DNA from: Octopus vulgaris
Taxonomy: Eukaryota
NCBI GenBank assembly: GCA_951406725.2
Contig: OX597820.1
Coordinates: forward strand, 75,516,001 to 75,580,000
Length of the DNA: 64,000 nucleotides
Direction of reading: 5' to 3'
Below are positions 28,165 through 42,276 of this stretch, one piece after another. A program made the translations under genes and the position numbers. Numbering within the stretch: position 1 is the stretch's first letter; each line of letters begins with the position of its first letter. The notes beneath the pieces were generated by a model that did not search any database, was not told where the DNA came from, and saw only the letters and a program-made list of their open reading frames with translations.

Positions 28165-28640
28165 ATTTATATGTATGTATTTTTATGTATGTATTCTCAT
28201 GTATATAGTTCCATATCTAGACATGCTCATATATATTTAAATGATAAACTTCTGGAAAGCTTTAGAGATTTTTACAGTTCCAGTGATGGATTGGATCTGT
28301 AGTCTTCGAATCAGCTTTCACCTTTCTGGTTTTGAGAAGCCTAATTTCTCAAGATTGGAATTTAAAGTGTTTTACATATCCCAGGGCCCCAATAATTACA
28401 GGTATAAACCTGAACTTGGAATCTGGATAGAATAACACCAGATTTCTCATTAGTCGGGCATAGGTGTTCTCTTTTACACTGATCTTCAAATTTATGTTAA
28501 CATCCATTGGGCATCTAAGTTTCACAACTGTGCACAGTTTCTCTTCTTTGTCCCAAATCATTATATCAGGTCAGTTGTGCTTACATTTTATTGAGGTCTT
28601 CACTGGTACATTCCACCTGTATTCCTTTTTATTATGAGTA
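27937..28640 (-). mobile_element. Non-LTR retrotransposon 3' end with restriction-like endonuclease (NeSL/R4-like), pseudogenised
   Basis: Minus strand reads WNVPVKTSIKCKHN*PDIMIWDKEEKLCTVV...KENTY...IPVIIGALG...LQIQSITGTVKI*, carrying the PD..D and PVIIGALG RLE motifs. The 3' UTR contains (TACA)n. Confidence 0.8.
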
Positions 28641-28754
28641 GCTCCTACCATATTGTGGGTTTTTATCCTTCCGGTGGGTCTATCCTTCCTAGCTACAACT
28701 TCATGTCTCATAAACCACCCATGTCATATATATATATACATATATATGTTTATA

Positions 28755-28846
<92 letters not shown>

Positions 28847-31504
28847 TAGGTGTACATATATATATTTATATATAAATATATAGATGCATACATACATATG
28901 TTTACCATTGATACGCAAAAAATTGTCGAAACCAGTTTCGCATGTGAATAAATTTATTACAAAATATCAAAAGGACTGCATAGCTTTCAAACCCCAAAAC
29001 TAAATCTCCCATACATGTGCGCGCGCGCGTGTGTGTTTGTTTGTTTGTTTGTGTGTGTGTGTGTGTGGAGACAGAGCGAGGGAGGGAGCGAGAGATTGAA
29101 AGAGTTTTTTTAGTGTTGACTGTTGTGGTACAGGTTGCCTAAGCTAATGAACTAAATGTGTTATTAGCACACATTCGACTGTAAGGAGAAATTAGTTTCC
29201 GATGACGAAATACAACTGTAATTATCATATTTACTTCCACATCTACAGATATTATAGAAAATGAATATATAAGCCACTGTTTTGATTCTTGCTGCTGTCC
29301 GTTCACAAGACACTTGGACCGTATTCGAGAAGACAGAGGACGAATATCAGCAGTCTTCAATTGAACATTTATTTGACTGTGCAGCCTTCTGTTACAACAA
29401 CAGTGTAGCGACAACCTTGTTAACAGATAACATTTATACATCCAAATGGAGCCCAATAAATGGAAAATTATCTCTAAATGTAATATGGTCCCTAACTGTT
29501 TCTCTCTAGATGTTAAGTTCTGGTGAAGTATTCTTTAAGTTATCACATATACATTTTGTTCCCAATTCAAAAATATAGAAAACTATGAGGTCACCTATCT
29601 TCATGGCAATTTCTTTTCATATAGTTAGTAGGAAAAGACTGCTCTGTAATAGTAGAGAGGGAGGAAGGAACTTATCCACAAACCGTAGGCATGGCATGAA
29701 TACGTACAACAGAGTGGCCTCTGCTCACCATGCTGAAGAGCGTATGGTGCTGTTAAACAGGGTGATATATTATTTCTAACTTCCAAACAGACTGCAACTG
29801 GTCCTCAATTCAAAACGTAGTATCAGAACAAAAACCGCGACGTAGCCTCTCCTCCGACTCTGTAATATTTCTGCCAGATCACATTTCGCTTGTTTGTCAA
29901 CCACGGAAGTATGAAAAGCAAAGTTAACTTCGGCGAGATATTATTTTAGGTGTAATGGATTTGAATTGAAAATGCTAAGAGTTGGAATAAATGTTACCAC
30001 TTTGCCGCTTTGTAAAAGTTTGAACAAGTTCACGGGCCCCAATGCAGTTAGCCAATGACTGGTTAGATTTGGCAATTTCGCGATAGCTAATACAATAGTT
30101 AACTTCTGTTGACTATATTCTCGTTACAATTGGGATCTCTGCCCAGATGACCGAGATTATAATTGTTCTTCTAGTTGCATGAAATATTCTACATTTTTTT
30201 TTTAATGATAAAACCCTTCCGCGTGATATGGTAAGTGTTTGCGATACTGAGACTCTCTCCCTTTGTACCATAAGTTTATTGTGTCGCTCACCAAATATAT
30301 CATATTTAGAGTAAGTTGGATTCCAGAGAACCGGATGTTTTGGAAGAGAGGAGAAGAAAGAATAAATGACTTTATGTAGAGCAGTAAATAGGCAAAGCGG
30401 CAATTTCGTGATATTTACATGAATAGACATGATAAATGCCAAAGCTCCTATTCATTTGAAATGAGTTCCTTTGCCTGGGTATGATCTGTCTTTTGTCTCT
30501 GACATCAAATGTTAACTGTTGACCTAAGGTTAAAGCAGTAAGTCATTATATTCACAATGATGGTTTTAAATACACTTCATACATAAAGTATTGAACATTT
30601 ATGGAACGGTTTATAAGATTTACTTCTTATATATATTTACTTACATTTTTATTATTTTTTTTTGTTTCGTTTAACGTTGAGTGTTTAAAATCGTCTATCT
30701 TAATGTTCTTTATTTGTCTGCACTTCTTTCGTAGTTATTGATGGGGACTTTAAATTGATGATAGCAGTCCTGATCTTGAAATATCGTGATGTCATGCAAT
30801 TAGTAGCACAATAGATTGCAAAAATAAGAAAGAAAGAACGAAAGAAAGAAAGAAAGAAAGAAAGAAAGAAAAAAAGAAAGAAAAGAATTACTGAATGGAT
30901 GACAGAAGAAAACTTATGGCAAGACGTGAAAGAGAATGAACGAAAATGTAGATAAGAGAAATGGGAAATAAAGAACATAAATAGGAAAATCGTAACATTA
31001 TTAACGAGAAACTTTACAACAGGAGTAATGTAAAATTCTCTCGTAACTTTAAATGGAACGCTGGGTCAGTATCAAAATGTAACCTCTTCGTGTAGTTTCG
31101 CTAAGAGAAAAATTACGCAGGCGGAGCATATCATTCTTCATAGTATTGATTGACCTGTGGCTTATATAATGCATTTCGAAGAACAAGGGAAGTGATATTT
31201 TCATTTCAAAGTTGGACTCATATCCCAGCTAAATAAGAGCTTCCACTCATTCTATTGTCGACATGTCCGTTTAGTGCCATTGTGTCTATATACACGGCAA
31301 ATATACTTAAACGTACCATACCAATAAACACAATGTCGATTGATGTATTGATGTAGCAGATACATGTACAAGAGCTATGTGGAAAGAAATATTTAAAATG
31401 AGAGCATCGAACCCGTCAAATCACCAACTTACTTTTAACACACAACGTACGTCTGAACATAGAGAGCGAAAATAATAGTTTTAATATTAAGCAAAATCGA
31501 CATC

Positions 31505-32058
31505 AAATTTTGCACAAGGCCAGCAATTTCGGAAGTGTAAGTGTAGATATGTCCATCACATCAATCACCCTAGGGCTCAACCTGTTCATATTTTATCGAC
31601 TTCGAAAGGGTAAAAGGCAAAGTCGATCTCAAAAGAATTTCAACTCAGAAAGTATATTGCGACGAAATACCTATTTCTTTACAACCCACAAGGGGCTAAA
31701 CACGGAGAGGAGAAACAAGGACGGACAAACGGATTAACTGAATTATATCGACCCCAGTTCGTAACTGGTACTTAATTTATCGACCCTGAAAGGATGAAAG
31801 GCAAAGTCGACCTCGGCGGAATTTGAACTCAGAACGTAACTGCAGACGAAATACCGCTAAACAATTTTCCTAGCGTGCTAACTATTTTGCCAGACAAAAT
31901 GCTTAGCTACTTTTCGTTCGGAGTTCAAATTCCGCCGAAGTCAACTTTGCCTTTCATCCTTTCGAGGCTGATAAAATACGTACCAGTTGAACACTGGGGT
32001 TGATGTAATCAACTTACCTCTCCCCTAAAATATCTGGCATTGTGCCAAAATTTGAAAA
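31505..32058. mobile_element. Head-to-head SINE B pair (minus 31505-31893, plus 31894-32058)
   Basis: GGCGGAATTTGAACTC and its reverse complement GAGTTCAAATTCCGCC lie about 100 bp apart. Confidence 0.8.
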
Positions 32059-32351
32059 CAGTATTACGCAAAATCGAAATACAGGTAAAAAGAAAAGCGA
32101 TACAGTAGGTAAATCTCCCGGCTTCGTCGATTCATAAACTCTTATACCCAAGCATATTTGACCCCTCCGCATACGGCAAAGATGGCGGCTCCTCAGGAGG
32201 ACAACAAGGCATGCATTGAGGTTTTGGAGAAATAGATCTGGTGAAGCCATCCTCTTGCAGGTCTAACCGATTTCTTCCAGAAAGAAATAGACAGAAAGAA
32301 TTACAGAAGGAAATATTGACAGTGGCAGTAATTGGATCATAGTGCATTTAT

Positions 32352-32501
32352 CAGTCATCCCTCGCTATGTCACGGTTCACCTACCACGCACGCAGTACAT
32401 CACGTTTCACCTATCACTCAGTCAATACATCGCGGATATTTCTGGCTCATGTATGTAAATTTATATCGCTGACTCCTCAGTATATCACGGGTTTCTGCGG
32501 C

Positions 32502-32544
<43 letters not shown>

Positions 32545-32607
32545 GATTCTAATTATTTCTTTGGGAGATTTTGGAACGTAACCCCCGGGATAGTCGAGGG
32601 ACTACTG
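32352..32607. mobile_element. pogo/Tigger-like MITE, copy 2
   Basis: CAGTCATCCCTCG...CGAGGGACTACTG|TA. Confidence 0.75.
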
Positions 32608-32802
32608 TAGTTCGATATTGACCTTAGAGTGTTGACAGGAAAAATATTATGACAAAAACTTTGAGACTGCAAATTTGCTTAAGCTCGAGCTTATAATAGC
32701 ATAGAAGCACAAACTCATACTTTCATATATATATATATATATATATATACTCACCCAAACACACACACACACACATACACATATTTATTACCTACACAAC
32801 TA

Positions 32803-33172
32803 TTCTTTTATTCTTATACTTGTATCAGTCATTTTACTGCGGCCATGCTAGAGTACCGCCTTTACTCGACAAATGGACTCCAGGTCTTATTATGTGTAAG
32901 ACTAGTACTTATTCTATCGGTTTCTTTTCGCCGAACCTCTAAGTAACGGGGACGTAAACACACCAGCATTGGTTGTCAAGCGATAGTGGGCGACAAAAAC
33001 ATACACATACATACCTACATATACATATATATATACGACGGGCTTCTTTCAGTTTCCGTCTACAAAATCCACTCACAAGGCTTTGGTCAGCCTGTGGCTA
33101 TAGTACAAGACACTTGCCCAAGATGTCACGCAGTGAGACTGAACCCGGAACCATGTGGTTGGTAAGCAGGCT
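32803..33172 (-). mobile_element. SINE family A
   Basis: Reverse complement of family A. Confidence 0.9.
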
Positions 33173-33449
33173 ACTTTATTTCATTAAGATTTGCCATAAA
33201 GGCATTACAAAGAGTAGCTTGCGAGCTGGACATATACATTGATGCGGGGAATGATGAAACAAGGATGATATTGATGGGAAAAGACAAAAAACGCCCACCG
33301 ATTTTCTGCTTCTCTAAAACGCTCATTTTTTTCCAACAGGAAAAAACAAAACGGGGTATTGAACCTTTCACTATAGTTTTTACAATTATTTGACTTAATA
33401 GTCCTTTACAAATAATAACATGAAATAACATACCTTAAAATATTCAATA

Positions 33450-33485
<36 letters not shown>

Positions 33486-35403
33486 CCATGACGGCGTGCT
33501 AAACAGTTAACTTCCATACTACATGTTTCTGAGGACAAGTGTCTTCGATGTGTGTGTGCGTGTGTGCGTGCGTGTGGGCGCGTGTGTGTGTACGTTACGA
33601 AATGTGTTAGTGAATTGCGAGAGAGCTAATTAAAATATGCTTATTATATTTAGATTTAAGCATTTAAATATATTCCTAGCATTTGTCTTTAAGAGGTATT
33701 AAAGTGAACAGTCATAACGTCATTTATTTACATGTAGATTATATTATCTAGCATATTTGCAGGTTTCACTGCTCGTATATCCTTTCCTGTCTTTGCTAAT
33801 TCCACTCTGACACGTGACTAATTTCTTGACGCCATGTTTGTTCTGTTTGGTGAGAAGAAATGAACAGAGCTTTAGGATGTCTACATTCTTTCCATTACAA
33901 ACAAAATTCTCATTGATAGACTTGGAGACAAAAAGTAAACATTTCGTTACCGGCCACATATTGACATAACGAAGAAGAGCCAATAAGGGGTATTCACTCT
34001 GCAGTCGCTCAATATGCAAGAAATAGTGTACAAATCTACCTCCATCAGACACCTGTGTTTTAATCAATAAAAGGATAGGTTTGATAATATTGTAATGAAA
34101 TCCCTAAGACTGGATAATCATGATTGGAAAGCTATTGGTTTTAATATTCGGGATGGAGATGAATTATATGGAAATTTTATTAGTCAGTGTTCGGAATAAA
34201 CGATAGGTACAAATTTGATAACATTTTGGAGGTAAAAATTTATGAAAAGTGGTTTAAGTATCAGAATATGGTTCATGTGAAAGCGTTGATAAGAGTATTA
34301 AATGTATAATAAAATTCAAAACGAGAAGCTGCTTTGAGTATATACCAACACCATTAATGTGAGTGAAGTGAGGGACCTCAAAGCAGTTTCCAGTATTGAA
34401 TCATTGACAACGATATTTTCAGAGAGGAGATGTGTGACGTCGATGACTTCGATAAAAGACCTGAGTGAGCTGAATAGCTGAATGTCATTGAAGCACATCG
34501 GACTGCAGAAGAGGCAGTGCGCGGATTTATAAAATTTTGCGTGAAATATTTGAACAGAAGTAAATGGAAGCGTCTGTTTTGATAGAAAGATAAAGATACG
34601 TTTGGAAAAATGATTCTACAACCGCGCTGGTCTCCTGATATCAGGATAATCTTGATTATAATACATAGCTGATACAGGTTATATATATTGTAGGCTACCT
34701 GTCTGTTTCTAGAAAGTAGAAACTGTGTTTGTAAGAGGAAACGGGTAAGATATATGAAGTCTTTAAATCCACAAATATTCACAAAGGGGCAATTTTTCAC
34801 CACATTTCTTGATTATATTTCATATTTCCCATCTTACATAGAGTACACTATAAGGTGAAAATGGAGATTATACCATAGCTCACGAACAGTTGAGATTTCC
34901 GTAAGTGAACAAAATGGATATCAGTCGACGCGTGTGGGCCGCTGAAATCTTGCTACTCGTAGAGTAATAAACATGCACCCGGAGCATTTTCCGATACAGA
35001 ATATAAGCACAACCTGATTAAGTAACCTCTAAGAGAAAAATACAGGTGAATGTACCTCTGTTCTACCTGACCACGTCCTACACTGCTGAGTTTTTCACAG
35101 GCTGACGAGACACGTCGTAGAGTTAAGCGTAGAGATCATAGTTCAGATGTTCCCGTTATCCTCAATCCGTTTTCCCAGTAGGAGTGCATGCAAGAAAGTA
35201 GGTTAAACTAAGCGTCGTAGGTACAGGCATGGTTGTGTGGTTAGGAAGCTAACCTTACAACCTCGTGGTTTCCAGTCCAGTCCGACAGCACGACCCTTTG
35301 GGCAGCTTCCTTCTACAATAGTCCCAGACCGATCGTGTCTTCATGGGGGAATTTGGTTGATGGAAACTATAGAAGTTCGTCGTACATATATATAAATATA
35401 TAT

Positions 35404-35464
<61 letters not shown>

Positions 35465-35467
<3 letters not shown>

Positions 35468-35652
35468 GGGGAAGAATTCACACAAAAAACCACGAAGACA
35501 GGTGGTGGAGACAACAAATAAATGTATTAGTATAACGCTCGGGAAGTGAAAAAAGTCTTTAACGTTTCGAGCCTACGCTCTTCCACAGAAAGGAATAAGG
35601 AGAGAAAATAAAGAATGTGTAGTGGCTAGCGATCTTTCATGGCGAATGTCGG
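35465..35652 (-). mobile_element. Short TA-adjacent element with variant hammerhead (35557-35592)
   Basis: Minus strand reads CTTT-CTGTGGA-A-GAGC-GTAG-GCTC-GAAAC-GTT-AAAG. Homologous to 59880-60105. Confidence 0.65.
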
Positions 35653-36021
35653 TGTGTGTGTATGTATATGTGTTTATGTGTGTGCGCGTGTGTGTCTGTG
35701 TTTGTGTCTATATTTGTCCCGCAACTAACTATTTGGTTTGCTTACGCCACTGTTATTTCCAAGAAAATGAGAAATACATGATTAGAACGATGCAATTATA
35801 GGAAACTAATCTGGGGTGGAAAATAAATATCCCGCAAGGGTGTAAGGATGAGTGTTTCGAAAGTTGAAACCTGCGCCCTTTCAGGATCTGAGTGCCACAC
35901 TCCAAAATGGAAAGGGAGAGATTTAGATTAGCAACGATGTAGAATCGCCGTTTCGAATAAGAACAATAATAGGCATGCACGCGCCAGGATGTGTAGACTC
36001 ACGCCGAAACACAAATATATA

Positions 36022-36063
<42 letters not shown>

Positions 36064-36164
36064 GACAGACAGAGACGGAGAGACAGTCAGACAAAGAAAT
36101 AGAATGAGAGAGAGATTTCATAAATTCCTTTTGTTATTGATGTTTCAAAATACATTATTTACAT

Positions 36165-36300
36165 TATTTACATTTGACGGATATTTGTCGTTATCTTGTT
36201 TGTTGTGAACACATTTCCGCTGATATACCCTCCAGCCTTCATCAGGTGATTTGGGGAAATTTCGAACCTGGGTTCTCATTCCTAAGGTAATTTTCGATGT
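36165..36300 (-). mobile_element. Hammerhead-containing repeat family H, copy 2
   Basis: Matches 9318-9452, with CTGATGA at 36245-36239 and an adjacent (TTA)n/(TCA)n tract. Confidence 0.75.
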
Positions 36301-36317
36301 TGTTATCATTATTATTA

Positions 36318-36369
<52 letters not shown>

Positions 36370-36410
36370 CATCATCATCATCATCATCATCATTATTAAG
36401 GTGGCGTGCT

Positions 36411-36620
36411 TAAGGCGGTGAGATGGCTGAATCGTTAACACGCTGGATGTAATGCTTAGTGGTATTTCGCCCGTCGCTATGTTCTTTGTTCAAATTCCGC
36501 CGTTGTCGACATTACACCTTTTCAGTGTTGGTAAATAAAATACCAGTTGTGTACTGGAGTCGATGTAATCCACTTAAATTCTCTCACAAAATTTCAGTCC
36601 TTGTGCCTATAGTAGAAAAG
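36411..36620 (+). mobile_element. SINE family B
   Basis: TTAAGGCGGTGAGATGG head followed by the family B body. Confidence 0.75.
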
Positions 36621-37095
36621 ATGATTATGAGTTGCGATAAAATAAACATTAATATGTGTGTGTGCGCGTATGAACGTACGCCTGTATCGGTGCAAGCGTT
36701 TAAAAATACTGCTTTCGACCATGTAATCTTAGGTACAGTCCCGCTGCATAGTACATTGGACCAATGACTTACAATATTGATAGCACCAGGTCAACTAACG
36801 CCTAGTGTAAATCGATTTGGTTGACGGAAACTGAGAGAAGCTTGTTGCATTTAATATGTACGACTTGTTTGTATTTATCTGGCCTGCATTACACTGTATG
36901 TTTGTTCACGTTTTTGTAAACCTGCAGTTCGTCAAAAGAGGGTGATAAAATAAGCACTAGTTTAAAAAAAAAACCGATTTAGGCGCAGCAATAAGGCGGT
37001 CCCTTGACTGATAAGATGTATATATATATATGTATATATATATATATACATATATATATAGAGAGAGAGAGAGATAGAGAGATAGATAGATAGAT

Positions 37096-37133
<38 letters not shown>

Positions 37134-37144
37134 GTATATATGTA

Positions 37145-37230
<86 letters not shown>

Positions 37231-38470
37231 AATTTGTTGTTTATATTTTAGATTGATGTTTTAAAAATATAGAACAAAGAGAAAAAGAAATTAACCCAGT
37301 TGCTGTATGCTTGCCATCTTCCACGAAAATTTAGCTAGAGAACCATCAATTAATAAATGTGAACTATTAAAAGTGAGTGTAATAAATGTTAATTGATATA
37401 CACAGCAGACACATTTACAATAATAACGACCTTACAGTGAATAAACAGATGTTGTTAGTCATTCATACATTACTAAATATCAGAATGTATTCGCGTAAGC
37501 ATGAATGGATAAGTAACGCCCTGGTAGATGGCAATAAATAACCGATGCTTATAGTTGGAGAATCTTTGCTATTGTTCGTGTGAGCGTTTTCCGTTGAGAA
37601 CAACCCTGGTAAATTTTCTCTGGAGTTGCTTTGCGAACATTGGTCGTACATCATGTGAAGGAAATTTTAGGAAAACTTTCCATTTCAGTCCTGTTGTTAT
37701 ATAAATGGCAAATATTTTCCTCAGTTCATATCTTGCAGACAAAATTATTCAAACTTTTTTTTATTTTGATGCCATAAAAGCAAAACTCAAATTAATTGTT
37801 CCTTATTGTTTTATTATTATTATTATTATTATTTCGTTTTGTTCGATGCACTACAAGTATCTTCTATTAGATAAAATATAATTTTGCGAGAACTAAGGAA
37901 TTTATTGACGCGGTTATTCGACTAATTAAAAATAGTGCAAAATGTAACTGAAATCATATCACATATTACTTTGCGGGTAAAGTTCACTCTTAGTGGATTG
38001 CGCATGGGTAGGAAAATGGTACGGTCATAATTAGAATGTCTTCAATGAAGGCCATATTCCGTGAAGGTGAAGTGTCATGGCCTGGTGTTCATGTGCTGCT
38101 TTAACGAGCATAATTTCGACTTCTGAACAAACGGTGTGTTGCGTTTATGAGAAAAACACTTTAATTCACGTTGCTCTTGTTCATTCAACTGTAAAGGGGT
38201 CTGGTGTCTCATTCAAGGATAATGTTGAGATCACAGTCTCTTATATGCCATGGGAACCGTGTTAAGTTCTGAGTGTATGAATCCTGGGGTTCAAAACTGA
38301 CCCATTTCCACTACTTCCATCATCAAAATTCACCTGAGCCTTAATAACCACCACCACAACAACAAAAATTGCATTAACTAACATTGTTTTATCTCATCCA
38401 ATGCATTATCAGAAATAGGTCCATAAAAAAAAATTTAATCAGAGATTTCTTTTAATATTTGAGTACTCTT

Positions 38471-39110
38471 AAGGCGGCGCGCTGGTAGAAACGTTAGCAC
38501 GTCGGGAGAAATGCGTAGCCGTATTTCGTCTGCCGTTACGTTCTGAGTTCAAATTCCGCCGAGGTCAATTGTGCCTTTCATCCATTCGGGGTCCATAAAT
38601 TGAGTACCAGTTACGCACTGGGGTCGATATAATCGACTTAATCCGTTTGTCTGTCCTTCTTTGTCCTCTCTGTGTTTAGCCCCTTGTGGGTAGTAAAGAA
38701 ATAGGTATTTCGTCTGCCGTTAAGTTCTGAGTTCAAATTCTGCGACGTTAACTTTGCTTCCATCATTTCGGGGTCGATTAAATAAGTACCAGTTATGCAC
38801 TGGGGTCGATATAATCGATTTAATCCCTTTGTCTGTCCTTGTTTGTTCACTCTATGTTTAGCCCCTTGTGGGCAATAAAGAAATAAGAAACGTTATCACG
38901 CCAGGCGTAATGCTTAGCGGTATTTCGTCTGTCTTTACGTTCTGAGTTCAAATTCCGCCGATGTCGATTTTGCCTTTCATCCTTTCGGAGTCGATAAATT
39001 ATGCACCAGTTGCGCACAAGGGTCGGATGTAATCGACTTAATCCCGTTATCTGTCCTTGTTTGTCCCCTCTATGTTTAACCGCCCCCGTCCTTGTGGGTA
39101 AAAGAAGAAA
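38471..39110 (+). mobile_element. SINE family B with three tandem body units
   Basis: TTAAGGCGGCGCGCTGG head. GTATTTCGTCTG..TTCTGAGTTCAAATTC..GGGGTCGAT units are repeated at about 38520, 38705 and 38920. Confidence 0.9.
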
Positions 39111-39377
39111 TAAATGTATGCTTCTGGCGGGCCTCCAGAGCTATTCAGTATTTAAAAGCTGCTTTTTTATAGATAACCTTTCAACAGGAGGAGCCACGTG
39201 GGGTAGAGAATCGCTGAACGGGTCACAAGATGAGTGACAAAGGATTGCCTGACAAAGAACACTAACGTAATAATAATAATAATTTGAAGTGAGGAACGAG
39301 TGTATACAGTGCGTGTGTTTATTGAACAAAAAAAGGAAATGCCCATCACGAATCATAACAATAACTTATAAAAATAG

Positions 39378-39675
39378 TGGAGGCGCAATGGCCAAGTGGT
39401 TAGGGCAGCGGACTCGCGGTCGGAGGATCGCGGTTTCGATTCCCAGACCGGGCGTTGTATGTGTTTATTGAGCGAAAACACTTAAAAGCTCCACGAGACT
39501 CCGGCAGGGGTTGGTGGCGACCCCTGTTGTACTCTTTCGCCACAACTTTCTTTCTCTCTCTCTTCCTATTTTCTGTGTATCGCTGCGATGGATTGGCGTC
39601 CCGTCCAGCTGCGAGGAACATATACGCCACAGAAACCGGGAAACCGGGCCCATGAGTCTCGCTAGGCTTAAAAAG
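39378..39675 (+). mobile_element. tRNA(Arg)-like SINE family D
   Basis: A box TGGCCAAGTGG, TCG in the anticodon-like loop and B box GGTTTCGATTCC, followed by a non-tRNA body. Confidence 0.85.
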
Positions 39676-40182
39676 AACGACGTTTTTTTAGTATTTGATA
39701 AGTACTTTATAATATCGACCACAAAAAGACAAGTGATTGGCAAAGCTTACCGCGGCTCGATTTGAATTCAAAACATTAAAAGCCGGAGGAAATACTACAT
39801 TTTTTTTTTCATTTTTTTAACGTACGCTGGCAATCAATTACTATTTCGAGTGAGAGATAATGCAAAGCAGAGTAGGCTTTGAGCCTTCGTGAAGGCGCAC
39901 GAGTTTTGAACTCAAATGCGTAAGGAAGCGAATATAACATTCATCAATTGTTATCCTTCTACGTTCATCATCGGCAAACACTAAATAAACAAAGTAAAGA
40001 AAGAAAAGCAGAAAACAAGAGAGTATTATCGCTCACTGTCAAAACATGTTGAAGGACATTGTGCAGTGATCCAAACGATAACTTGCATAATTCTATCTTT
40101 AACAACGAAAGATGTGTGTTGTATAGTTTCTTCCAGATCATAAATAAAATAACAAATACACATATTCATATACATACATACA

Positions 40183-40246
<64 letters not shown>

Positions 40247-40481
40247 GTATATAATATAATGCAATTATAAAACAGTGTTGTAAATCTAAATAAATGCATA
40301 TTAACACATTTACATATTTTCCTGCATGTTATTCGTTGCTGGGAAAATTCTAAGATGTCTATTGTCTCTGTGTGATTTTCTGTGTGGCCTCTGTTTGTGT
40401 GAATACATACAAACACACACAAAATACGCACACATAGAAAACATATACATAATTGTATGTGTGTGCGTGTATATATATATA

Positions 40482-40543
<62 letters not shown>

Positions 40544-40647
40544 TATATACATAAATGAAATTACACTCTTCCATCTGACAGCGGAAGACAACATAGAAAT
40601 TCACTAGCGCACAAATAAAAAAAGGTATATATCTAAACAAACATTTA

Positions 40648-40717
<70 letters not shown>

Positions 40718-41453
40718 AGAATACGTGCACACATACTTAATACATACAGATATATCAAAGCATCACACAAACGTAGAAAAGAATTAAAAATAACAACGGA
40801 GAGAAAAGAAACTTCCTACCATGTTAATGAAGTATCTGGTGCACATTTGCATAACTCACAACGGTTATTTTCACGTATAGGATTCAATTATAAATTGAAG
40901 ATAATTAGCGCAGTTCGTTTTACAAATCACTCAAAGCCAGCATCTGTTGTCCTTTCAGGATTCCTTATAAATACAAATTTAATATTAAGCGTCATATCTC
41001 ATGATATCAAATGAAGAGGCTGACAGTGGATTTAATATTTATTGTTGTTTGTGGAAGCCATATTGTATCTCTCAGTTCTAATTATGTTTATATAGTTTCC
41101 GTTTCGAAAAATTCTCGTTCGATGTATGTATGTGAGTATGTATGTATGTATGTATGTATGTCACAATTCAGTTTATTTCGAGAGTTCTTGTCGATAGAGA
41201 AAGAAACAGTTCCAGAATAAGGACACACATATAAATACTTCGTGTATGTATGTACGTATGTAAATATGAGTGTGCGTATATGTACATTTCTATATGTATG
41301 TATGTGCATATGTATATGTAATCCAGTCTATATCTATACGTGTTTCAGTTTTTATGTGTGTGTGTGTGTGTGTGTGCGTTTGTTCACGTATATGTATGTA
41401 TATGTATATTTGTTTCTCAATGTATAGTTATATGCCTGCACATGCATACACAT

Positions 41454-41485
<32 letters not shown>

Positions 41486-41506
41486 GCATGTATATATATA
41501 TATATG

Positions 41507-41542
<36 letters not shown>

Positions 41543-41548
<6 letters not shown>

Positions 41549-41803
41549 TGAATTGAAGAAATGGAGCTGAACGCAGATTGAACAGAAATCGTTTTATTTC
41601 ATTCTACACGTGTTTCGAAAGGCACAAATTACCAAAATCCGATGGAATAATGGGACCATATTGTGTCTTTCTCTTCAGGAAGAAAATAGGAAATCCGTTG
41701 GAAAAACAAAAACAGGACAGAGGCCTTTCGAAACACGTGTAGAATGAAATAAAACGATTTCTGTTCAATCTGCGTTCAGCTCCATTTCTTCAATTCACCA
41801 ATA
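41543..41803. repeat. Perfect 81-bp inverted repeat (41543-41623 / 41723-41803) in a TA-flanked element
   Basis: The arms were checked base by base as exact reverse complements. Confidence 0.95.
41597..41686 (-). ncRNA. Type I hammerhead ribozyme, canonical core
   Basis: TTC-CTGAAGA-GAAAGACACAA..TTGTGCCTTTC-GAAAC-ACGT-GTA-GAA. It has a G10.1-C11.1 pair, 10/11-bp stem II, palindromic stem III and a GUA triplet. Confidence 0.85.
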
Positions 41804-42226
41804 ATGTTCTAATTTCAATTATCCGCACCAACGCACGGTTGCAACACCATATGGTTGTACCTCCAACCGTGCTGTTTTACTGCTGTGATTTTTGCTACTA
41901 AGGTATCGGTTAAACTTTTGATTAATCTACTACAAGATTATTCATCTTTCTATTTCACATTATATATATATATATATATATATATCAAACTTCATTAAAT
42001 CTGTTTGGGGGAATGGAAATATTTCTTCGAATATAGAAGGAGTTAGCAAAAAATTGGATTAATATTAAAAGCGCAAAATATTTTCAAAAACCTACTTTTT
42101 TAAAGTATTGATATGTAGATAGATAGATACACACACGCACGCGCACTTACGAACACATTCGCACACATACGCACACTCACACTCACACACACGCACACAT
42201 ACATACATATGATGATGATGATGATG

Positions 42227-42276
<50 letters not shown>

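Noticed and set aside
29140-29510. Possible very old LINE endonuclease remnant
   Set aside because: Only vague motif resemblance with several stops, too weak to call.
30113-30442. ORF with KHPVLWNPTYSKY, reminiscent of a MADF domain, and a plus-strand GTAAGT donor at about 30231
   Set aside because: The remaining MADF tryptophans and helices are absent, and no exon chain supports it.
38471-39110. Regularly repeated units resembling a CRISPR or spacer array
   Set aside because: The units are tandem SINE body duplications without unique spacers, in a eukaryotic context with no cas genes.
39378-39450. tRNA genes at SINE heads (also 58428, 20930-21000, 56250-56313)
   Set aside because: A/B boxes are present, but there is no complete cloverleaf, and each runs into a repeat body.
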